64,000 nucleotides of DNA from an uncultured virus (IMG/VR IMGVR_UViG_2061766007_000665). Lineage: Duplodnaviria > Heunggongvirae > Uroviricota > Caudoviricetes. The translations under genes and the position numbers were made by a program. Location of the stretch: the IMG/VR virus record IMGVR_UViG_2061766007_000665. The stretch is one strand, 5' to 3'. Below the pieces are notes generated by a model that did no database searches, was not told the origin of the DNA, and saw only the letters and a program-made list of their open reading frames with translations. Shown here one piece after another: positions 53,801-64,000 of this stretch (positions are counted from its first letter, which is position 1; the number at the start of each line of letters is the position of its first letter).

Positions 53801-56800
53801 CACAGGCTGCCGGAGTTCAGATGGACACTCTTATCGGTATCTTGACAACTGGACAAGAAACATCTCAGCAAGCTCCAGAGCTTGTTGGTAATGCATGGAG
53901 GACCATTTTTGCTCGTGTACAAAATGTTAAAGCTGGTAAATATTCTGCATCTTATGATGAAATGCAGTCGTCTGATTATAATGAAGAAGATTGGACTGCG
54001 CTTAATGATGTCGAGACGGTTTTAAAGACTGTGAATATTCAGCTTCGTGATACATCTACATCATACAGAAGCACAGAAGCGGTTCTTAATGAAATTGCAT
54101 CTAAGTGGGATACTTTTGATCAAGTTACAAGATCTGCGATAGCAAATGCAATGGCTGGCACTCGTCAACGTGAGCAGTTCATGGTTGCCATGAACAATTG
54201 GGACAGTGTTTTAAGATATGCGGAAGTCGCTGCAAATTCTTATGGAAACGCCACTGAAAAAATGGAGGCTTATACCGATTCTATTGAAGCTGCAAAGAAT
54301 AGAATTACTGCAGCTTTCGATCAATTAGCTCTAGATTTAAATTTAAAGAATCTTCTTGTTGGTATATATGATGCAATTACTGGAATAGTTGAGAACATTG
54401 GTGTATTGTTAATCCCAGCATTATTGTTACTTATAAAAACCGTTACTAATGTTAATTCCGGAGAATTAAGATACGGTAGTGTTTTAACTACGGTTACACA
54501 AAAGCTTGCTAATTTCGGTTATAAGCTTGAAAATAGTTCCAATCGAGTAGAAGTCGGAAAAGGCGGATATACTTTAACTGATGATGATAAAAAAGCACGT
54601 AGTGTTGGAGCATATACAATTGCGGGTACAGCCGGAGCCTCTATGCTTGGTGGGGCAATTGGATATGGCATTGGTGGCTCTACTGGTAGCGGTATTGGCA
54701 CTATTATTGGTGGAACTGCTGGAGGAGTGTTGTTACCGGCATTGGCTGAGTCGGCTGCGCTCCCTTATGTTAGTGTTGCACTTGCTGTTATGGGTTTAAT
54801 TAGTAGTGTAGCTGTTTCTGAAAGCAAAAAGAAACTAGAAGAAGCGAAAGATGCCTTTAAAGAGCAAGAACAAAAATATTCCGAAGCTTTAACAGCTAGC
54901 TCTCAAATTGATTCATATTTAGAATTGTCCAGTGNNNNNNNNNNNNNNNNNNNNNNNNNNNNNNNNNCTCACAGATGAAGAATATAATAAATTTATTCAG
55001 AGTTCTAATGCTTTAGCTAATATATTCCCAGAGCTTGTTGTTAATACAGATGACGCTGGAAACAGTTTTGTCAACCTTGGTGACGATGCAGAAGCTGCTA
55101 GACAAAAGGTTGAAGATTTAACAAAACAAANNNNNNNNNNNNNNNNNNNNNNNNNNNNNNNNNNNNNNNNNNNNNNNNNNNNNNNNNNNNNNNNNAAGAA
55201 AAACAAAAAGGAGCGTCTAAAGAGCTAAATGAAAGGGGATATGAATTTGTAACCGGCACAGATGCTGATAGTTATAATGTTACATATTATAGGCAACAAA
55301 AAGATGACTTTGATAAAATAAGGGGCGAAATTGATAGACAATATATAGACGAATATCTTGCATATGCTAGACAAGTTATTGGATATGATCAATATTTAAA
55401 CATGTCTACCACTAGTAAGACGATTCTCAAAAACGCTTTGTCTAAAGGTGCTTCAATGTCTCAGGGCACAGCCAAAGAAGNNNNNNNNNNNNNNNNNNNN
55501 NNNNCTATTGTAGAGTTACAAAATAATGGTATTGATGATCTATATAATTTAAATATTGATAATTCGATGCTTATTGGAGAATGGTCAAATAATAGAAAAA
55601 AGTTACGCGATGTTTTAAGTGGCGCTCTTAATGGGATTAACGATCAATATGCTTCTGCTATTGCCGAATCTTATGGCTTTGCTANNNNNNNNNNNNNNGA
55701 TATTTTTAACCTTTTGGTTTCCGAACTTGGAAGTAATGCTAATAAATTATCTGGGCGCTCTGTTGGAGATATTAGGAAATTGTATCGTTGGGCACAATCT
55801 GGCGATATTAATAGTTCAACTTCTTATGATACCATTATTAGTTTATTAGATGCAGAAAGCGATTTAACTGGTACTTTAGATAATAAAAAGAACGTTTTAA
55901 AAGAGCGTACGGATAATGCTAATAATTTGGCTGAAAGAATAAATGAGGTTTTAGGTTCTGATGTTGCTTCTATCAATGTTACTGAAGAATTTTCTAATTA
56001 TAACGAAAAAACCAGAACAGCGATTAAAAATTTAATTGACATGGTTGTATCTGCTGGTGGCATAGATAATATTAGTGCAGAAGATATCGAAAGTGAAATA
56101 GCCTACATCACCACAATTGCAAAAAATTCGTTGGCAAAAGATTTTGAGAACGTTCATATGACGTTACTAGGAGAGGTTTTTAACACTCAATCATTAGGAA
56201 TAGAAGGACTAATTGATAGTTTCTCTGAACTTAATAAGGTCATGGATCAAGTAGCTAATACATATAATACATTAGCAAAAGCAAGTGAGGAGTATTCTCT
56301 TAATGGAAGCTTGACATTAAAAACAGTGCTCGATATGATTGATTCTAATGAGAATTTCTTAGATGTGCTTACTATTACCGAAAACGGTATAGGCTTAGTA
56401 TCTGATGCTACAGCTACAATGGCAGAAAAGCAAATGATAGAAACAATGGTACAAATAGAAAATACCAAGGCCACCCTTAAGGATACTATCGAAACTAATA
56501 AAAATAGTAGATCTACCATTGCTAATGCAAAAGCCGAAACCGATTTAGAAATAGCGACAAAAAATGGAATATTAGCTACATATAATAATATTAAAGCGCT
56601 GCAAATAAGAATTAAAACTAACGAGCTTTTAAACAAGACTATTATAGATACTATAGCCAACACCATGAGGCAGACATATGCTGAGCAAGGCATTATGGAT
56701 TTTGATTATATTGATAGTCAAATTGAAAAAGTTTATGCTAGTAACTTAGTAACTGCAGACGGACGTAATATAGATGACGAAATTACCAAAATTACCAACG

Positions 56801-59592
56801 AATTAAGTTTGTTGACATCCACAGTCGATAATTATCAAACTCAATTAAATGAATTAGATCAGCAAATTGCAAAAGATGAACATCGTTTAGATATATGGAA
56901 TGGGATTTATACAAAATTAAAAAACATGGATCCAAACGATTTTGCTAAGTCTTTACGGGGAGAAGGATATACTGTTGAAGATCTTACCACAGAACTTGAA
57001 CGTCTTGAAACTTTATTAAATCATATTAATAAGGAATATAGGGCGTATTTGGTTAATGGCACAGATAGCTTTACCGATTATTATTCTTTAACTGCAGAAG
57101 TTTTACAACGGCTGCAAGGTGAATATTTAGCGTTAAGAAATGGATATGCGGAAAATTCTAAAGAATGGCTCGAGTATGATTCTAAATATCAAGATGCTTT
57201 AATGAAAGCAAAGAATCTCGATGATGAATTGGTTCAAGATCAAATATCGACTCTTAATAATCTTAAAGCCACTGTTTCTTTAAGAAAAGATGAGTATGCT
57301 ACATTAATTAAAACTGCAGACACAGACGCTGAGCGCATAGAATATTTAAAGCAGTATAATGATGCTCTTGAAGAGCAAATTAATTTAATGAAGTCTGCTT
57401 ACCAATTCCAAAAGGATATGATGGATTTCCGGATGGAGTATATTTCTGGTGATACGAATTCAGGCAATTATAAATCACTTATTGGTTTAATGCGTACAAA
57501 TTTGGAAACGCAAATTACTGTTGCCAAAGAAGCATATGATACAATCAACAAGAGATTTGATGAAGAATTTGTAGAAGGACTATGGAATAGAACAGACGAA
57601 AACGGTAATCGCTTATTCTCAACTAGAGAGGATGCTTTAAGATGGGCTCAATCTGCTGAGGGTCAAATGCAGCTTAATGCAGAGAAACTTGGAGATTCTG
57701 GTTATCAGCAAGCTCTGAAGGATTGGTTGGAAGCTTATAAGGCAGTTGGCGATTTAATCGTTCAAGATTTTGAATATCAAATTGCTCAAATTCAAAGACA
57801 GATAGATGAACTTGATGTTACAAAACCGTCGTCTTGGGGATCAAGAGAAGATATTAATAAATATTATGATTCTTTAATTGGCAAAGTTAGAGACCTTGAT
57901 GTAGCTATATCTAATGCTGGACGTACCGGATATTTGCAAATTGAAAAATTAGANNNNNNNNNNNNNCTCAGCTTCATAAGATTAAAGCTTTATTAGAAGA
58001 ATCAGATAAATTAACAGATGAACAAATTGAAGATTATGTAGCAAAATATAACGATATGCTTAAGAAAATCTATGATNNNNNNNNNNNNNNNNNNNNNNNN
58101 NNNNNNNNNNNNNNNTAATGCTGTTACATATTATGTTAATAGTTACATTAGTCAATTAGAAAAGCAAAAAGAAATTATAAGCAACAATTATGATACAGAG
58201 CTTAAAAAATTACAGGACAAACAAAAGTCAATTGAAAGAACCAACAAGCTTATTGAACTTCAAAACAATCTATTAAATGCACAACAAGAAAAACAGCGTG
58301 TTTATCGAACCGGTATTGGTTGGACATATGAATCTAATCGTACTAAAGTTAAAGAGGCTCAAACAGCCCTTGATGATTTTTATAAACAGGATTCTATAGA
58401 CGATTTACAAAACGCCAAGGATCGTGAGTTAGAGCTGTTAGACGCTCGTATTGAAGACTGGAACAATTATTTAAAGATGCTCCAAGTCAAATATGAAGAA
58501 TATGAACGCCTTAATAACTTAAAGCTTGCTCAAGAGATACTAGGAGTTGAAACAGAAGAAGAATTAATGGACGTTCTTCTTAATGACGCTCTAGCATTCC
58601 ATGAAATGTATGAGATGAGCCAAGAAGCGTTTTTAGATAATCAGATAAATGCATATGATAGATACACTAGTGTTTTAGATGAATTTCTTGGTGACTATGA
58701 AGAAAATGTAATTGCCTTAGAAGGGCTAAAGGAGCGTTGGATTCAAGCATTAGATATATCCGATTATATTTCTAAGAACGATAACAACCCTCAGTCTGCT
58801 GCAGCGCTTGACGTAGCAACAACCCCAATTGGGACTTATGAACCAACCACTATTGATAAAAATGATTGGGCGAATGTTGATTTCTCTATATTAATGGAGC
58901 GTGCAAAAGCAAGTCCAGATGGTAGATTACATGACCCAAGTTCGCCATATGATGGTTATTCATATCAACAGCTTGCTTCAATGAGAAATCAAAAAATTGA
59001 ATACTTTGGCATGGAAACCGATAGTCCTGGATCGTCTACATATGGAAGAGATTCTTCTGGCTATATTGTTGATACTGATACGTTGATTGATCTTCAAACA
59101 ACTGGTAAGGGTAGAGTCGATACCGATACTGGTGTAATTATTACCCAGCCGTCTGAACCAACCGTTGTAATTGACAATGTTGAAATTACCGGAACAGATG
59201 CGATTGCCGCAGAAAAGGCGTATCTTGAGTGGTTAAAAGCAAATGGAACATATGGCGAAGCAGAATGGGCAAAAGCTCAATTAGAAGAATTGATTCAGGG
59301 GGGATATGCTGGAGGAATAGTTAATGGTCCTGTTAATTATACTGGTCTTGCCATGCTTCATGGATCCAGTTCTTCTCCCGAATATGTTTTAAATAGTGAC
59401 CAAGCTTATAACCTACTAAGGTATCTTTCTACAACTCGCCCAGATTATACAACTACTGGCGGAGTTGATACTGGCACTCAGTATATTGTTCAAGGAGATG
59501 TCGTTCTCGAAGGGGTTAATGACCCTCAGAGATTCTGGGATGAAGTTACTAATGCAATGAGCTCTCGTTGGTCAGTTACTAAAAATCGTTAA
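47838..59592 (+). CDS. Giant tape measure protein (about 3,900 aa) with N-terminal single-chain two-barrel RNA polymerase and PD-(D/E)XK nuclease domains
   Basis: AGGAGG SD; each readable segment has a stop-free frame up to and out of each N-gap; NADFDGD at 51246-51266; nuclease motifs 52374-52870; TP901-type TMP core about 53340-54330; TM/Gly-zipper 54400-54810; C-terminal TGLAMLHG...PEYVLN. Confidence 0.8.
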
Positions 59593-59695
59593 ACTTAATT
59601 AACACAGAGGAGGAAGGCAGCGGCGGTGAGTATTTTNNNNNNNNNNNNNNNNNNNNNNNNNNNNNNNNNNNNNNNNNNNNNNNNNNNNNNNNNNN

Positions 59696-62600
59696 AATCA
59701 CAAGCCATCTCTTACAGAGATTGACACAACTGAAAATAACACTTTCTCATGTATGGTAAATACGTCTGGGGAACCTGTTATGGCATATAAAATGTCGATT
59801 TTAAGTGAAGATGGATCGGATCTTGTGGCGGNNNNNNNNNNNNNNNNNNNNNNNNNNNNNNNNNNNNNNNNNNNNNNNNTTAATAAAAGTCAAATTAACA
59901 TAAAAAATATTACTAACAGCGTGTCCCCATATACTAATTTGATTAATGGCAAGAATTATCAGTGGGGAATTCGTTTATACAATGCAAAAAAGGGGAGCAC
60001 TAGCCAACCGAACACGAAAGTATGTGATGGCTATTTAGTGGGTTCTACTAAATATGTGATTTGGATGAAACTTGCCAATCAGACTACAACCAATAAAGAT
60101 GTAGCCGATCAAATTGTGCAAGATCGGTATATTGAATTTAACATAGTAGACAAAGACAAATTATTAGTTGGAGCACACGAACCTCAAGATAAGGTTGTTC
60201 CAGATGTCGTTAGTTCCAATCATCCGTTTATTCAAAGAAAAAAGATAGATTGGGTTACTAAAGAACTTGGTGAAAGTAAAAACTATATTAAACTTGAGAC
60301 ACACGAAAATTTTGATTATGATTTCGTTAGTGGCACAAGTTTTAATATTTATCTTTGTTCTTCTGATCATACGGTCACTAGTGCTTTTGCTGATCCAAAC
60401 ACTAACATTAATGTTGCTGACAAGATAATGATTTACGCAAATGCTNNNNNNNNNNNNNCCGGCCTCTGATCAGGCTACAGTTACTGCGAAAGAAACAAGT
60501 CGCTCTATTGTTGGATATTCTTCTGATACAGGTGAAATCAGAGTACATGATGCATGGAACGAAGCGCCAGTAAATGGAAATGTTTATCGTATATTTGAAC
60601 AAGACGTATCTACCAAACTATATAGAGAAATTTTTTCTTCTGATTTAAAANNNNNNNNNNTATTCTGCTACTGCACAGTCTGGAATTAGTTATTATAGCA
60701 CTATGGATTCTAGTCAGGCGGCTGGTACATTACCAACCCCATATCCATGTTATATAGTAGATAGTACATGGAGCAGAGTGTTTAAGGCTGGTACGCCATA
60801 TTATGTATTAAATTCTGCATTAGATGTCGCTTCCTTCACAACGCTACAAGCTCATGGAGTTACTGCATATGACGGAAAATGTGGTATTGTTGAAATAGAC
60901 CCAAATAATACAAGTGATGCGGACCGCGCTCATGGCGGCACATGGAACTGTTTGTTTTCAGATGTAAATGAGCTGTCAACCATGTACAACTCTCAGAAAA
61001 TCGGCGGTAACCCTATTGCTGATACCAGCAATAATTTTAAGACTATAAACAATAACTGGGTTATAGAGGGTACTTTTAGAGACCATACTGGTTCATATGC
61101 TACAGTATATAACAATGAATTTTATATTGGCGGAGTTACATCCAATATTGGTTCAAAGGAGCCTTGTGTAATATATAAAGAGAGCAACAATTATTATAGA
61201 TATCAGCCAAGCATCACCAATGGGACTTATATCGGAGGTTTTACTTTAATTACAGATATAACCGACCTTGGTAATAGATTCTTTATTCAACCAAATGTTA
61301 ATATTAAAAGCGATACCTATAATCCGAACGAAATTGTGTTTGCTAACGGCAGCAGAGTTGATATTATTGAGCAATATTATTATACCATTAATGGTAGAAT
61401 AGTAGATGATGCCACGGACGATACACCCGGCGCAAAAAAAGTAGATTGCACTTTTAACAAGCTTGATAATTCGCAGTGGCTATTAGAAAAGAGTGCGCTT
61501 GATAGAAGCTCTAATGTTTTAACTTCTATTGGTGTGCCGCAAACAGCTCCGCAATCAGATTATGTTATATACACAGATTTTGCCGATAGCGCCCCATACA
61601 ACGTGTTTTATGCGCGTAAAGAGCCGTATCATGTAATTCAATACAGAAATGCTGGCGACGATATTGTTGATGGATATGTTGATCCAGATACTCCTGGATA
61701 TCCTAGCGTTGATCCAGGGGTAATTCCTAATATTAGAGAAGTTTCTGTGTTTAAAGATATATACATGAATCCGATTGAAGATGATCTAAAATCCACAATT
61801 TATATTTATCATGATCTAAACACTGATTATTATTATAGATATAAAAATCGTCATTTTGAATATATTGATGGTGGGGTTTGGGAAGACATTTTAGCTGAGG
61901 GTCAATACTTTGGAGCCCCTCATGCATGGCGTATGGCCGAATTTAGAACAAAGTGGTGGTTTGAAGATGATTTGCCGACTCAGATTAAAAGCTATCAATA
62001 TAGCTTANNNNNNNNNNACTCCAGAATTGATTAAGCAAAGCGAAGTATATTATAACACAGGAACCCTGTGGTCTTTTAGTGGCTTAGACGGTATTAAAAG
62101 TGACTATTATAGCCATGATGACCCCCATAGATACACTATCGCTGTTAAGATTTTAGATGAGTATGATAAAGAGTATAATTGGCAAAACAACTTTTCTATT
62201 TTCTATGACACTGATAGTTCTCATGTATCAATGAAAGTTGTTCCAGACTGTAATACACAATCTGTTTATATCGAAGTCAATTCTCCGGTTTATGCGCAGA
62301 CTTCTGATTTTGAAGAAGAAGAGTGGGGATCACTAGAAACAGTAGAAGGCGATGATTTGGTTTCTATTAGAAAGGCAACTGATCCAAATTTTGCTAATGC
62401 AGAGAACGGTGTAGTAATTGACAGTGGGAAAACCTTAAATTACGATGGACTTGTAGAAGATCCAACGCCCTTAAGATTCCCTAGCGATTTTTCATTCTAT
62501 ACAGAGTTTCAACTCACTAAANNNNNNNNNNNNNNNNNNNNNNNNNNNNNNNNNNNNNNNNNNNNNNNNNNAAATTACTGCCGACACACCTGATGAAGAC

Positions 62601-63957
62601 CTGGATCCGTCAATTCCATTATTTGAAATCCAACATAATACAGGGAATGTAATTTATAGTGTTGACGCCGGTGTAACTTATTATAAAAAGACTATACCTG
62701 CTAATACCCCATATTATACANNNNNNNNNNNNNNNNNNNNNNNNNNNNNNNNNNNNNGCTATTTTGTTACTACGGAATATAGCTATATTGAACTAGAGGT
62801 TGGTTCACAAACCAACACATACTATATTGCTACGCAGGTTGCTGGTACCACATCGGCGCCTATAACAAACGATATTACTGTTATAGACAATAAATATTCT
62901 GAAATTGTTATTGGCGGNNNNNNNNNNNNNNNNNNNNNNNNNNNNNNNNNNNNNNNNNNNNNNNNNNNNNNNNNNNNNNNNNNNNNNNNNNNNNNNNNNN
63001 NNNNNNNNNNNNNNNNNNNNNNNNNNNNNNNNNNNNNNNNNNNNNNNNNNNNNNNNNNNNNNNNNNNNNNNNNNNNNNNNNNNNNNNNNNNNNNNNNNNN
63101 NNNNNNNNNNNNNNNNNNNNNNNNNNNNNNNNNNNNNNNNNNNNNNNNNNNNNNNNNNNNNNNNNNNNNNNNNNNNNNNNNNNNNNNNNNNNNNNNNNNN
63201 NNNNNNNNNNNNNNNNNNNNNNNNNNNNNNNNNNNNNNNNNNNNNNNNNNNNNNNNNNNNNNNNNNNNNNNNNNNNNNNNNNNNNNNNNNNNNNNNNNNN
63301 NNNNNNNNNNNNNNNNNNNNNNNNNNNNNNNNNNNNNNNNNNNNNNNNNNNNNNNNNNNNNNNNNNNNNNNNNNNNNNNNNNNNNNNNNNNNNNNNNNNN
63401 NNNNNNNNNNCATTGCATAAAGAAAACGGTCCCGCTCTTACGTGTTTTACAATAGCTGGTCTCGATAGTAACTGGGTTAACATTTTAGAGCCTAGCGCTC
63501 TTACACCAACATATCATANNNNNNNNNNNNNNNNNNNNNNNNNNNNNNNNNNNNNNNNNNNNNNNNNNNNNNNNNNNNNNNNNNNNNNNNNNNNNNATTG
63601 CCAAATGATTCTAACGGGTATAAACACGGTATATATGAAAAGATACAAGGAGAAAACGGTCCCTATCTTAAAATGGTTACTAATAGACAATATATGTTCC
63701 TCGAGTCTACTGATAATATCCCAGGTGACACATATAATACTCTATTAGTTCCTCAAAACAGTCGTTTAGATTCTGGATTAACTGGAGACATAGGCTTTAA
63801 TGATAGTGGCAATGTATGGATTGAGAACAATGAAAATTCTGCTTGGGAAGATATTATAGATTCCAATAAATTCTGCTTCTATATGTATGTACGAGACAAT
63901 AATGGCACTCAGCAGGTTCATGCAGAAGTTGCTTTACAATTAAAAGGAAGGGGGTAA
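59696..63957 (+). CDS. Large tail-tip/baseplate-region protein (start in gap 59637-59695; may be more than one gene because of the 493-nt gap)
   Basis: Follows the TMP; P...ID....NTFSC.VN start; LINGKNYQWGIRLY and IKSYQYSL FnIII-like motifs; open frames around all small gaps. Confidence 0.65.
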
Positions 63958-63960
63958 AAC

Positions 63961-64000
63961 ATGGAAAGCTATGTACGTTTTAATCAAAATTTAGTAGTGA
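63961..64000 (+). CDS. 5' end of the next tail gene (truncated by the window)
   Basis: GGGGG SD and ATG at 63961, open to the window end. Confidence 0.5.
   Translation, partial: MESYVRFNQNLVV

Larger units (their letters stand above)
1..64000 (+). mobile_element. Large tailed phage/prophage (probable siphovirus, SPbeta-like structural gene order, Firmicutes host): adsorption, head, tail and lysis region
   Basis: Co-oriented portal, protease/scaffold, capsid, connectors, tail tube, tape measure and tail-tip genes; CHAP endolysin; strong GGAGG Shine-Dalgarno sites; no sheath gene and no host housekeeping genes seen. Confidence 0.93.

Noticed and set aside
62805..63483. ORF-track entries made mostly of X (also 7864-8154 and 39333-39911)
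   Set aside because: Artefacts of translating through long N-gaps
1..64000. Apparent widespread frameshifts, pseudogenes or programmed frameshifting
   Set aside because: Every frame change I checked coincides with an N-run, so imprecise gap length explains it; flanks are stop-free

Overview
A 64-kb, AT-rich segment coding almost entirely on the + strand. It looks like the virion morphogenesis region of a large tailed phage or prophage of a Firmicutes (Bacillota) host, with SPbeta-like head/tail gene order and no tail sheath, so probably a siphovirus. Many short N-gaps shift the reading frame and split real genes in the ORF track; I rejoined them where the flanking sequence is stop-free. Layout: (1) 0-25 kb, an adsorption/accessory region with a SipW-class secreted protein, two BspA-like LRR proteins, a tail-fibre-like protein followed by about 13 divergent paralogous short genes, and a duplicated Thr/Ser/Ala/Gly-rich fibre cassette; (2) 25-39 kb, tandem NrdR-box-like palindromes, a GT2 glycosyltransferase, portal, holin-like genes, prohead protease/scaffold, capsid, connectors and tail tube; (3) 40-47 kb, a beta-CASP metallo-hydrolase, ClpP-like protease, metallophosphoesterase, CHAP endolysin, RecU-like resolvase and tyrosine recombinase; (4) 47.8-59.6 kb, the main finding: an apparent single ORF of about 3,900 codons in which a single-chain two-barrel RNA polymerase (beta-like and beta'-like motifs, intact NADFDGD) and a PD-(D/E)XK nuclease are fused N-terminally to the tape measure protein, i.e. 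a candidate virion-delivered RNAP/nuclease; (5) tail-tip genes. All homology calls are from motif recognition by eye; no searches were run.
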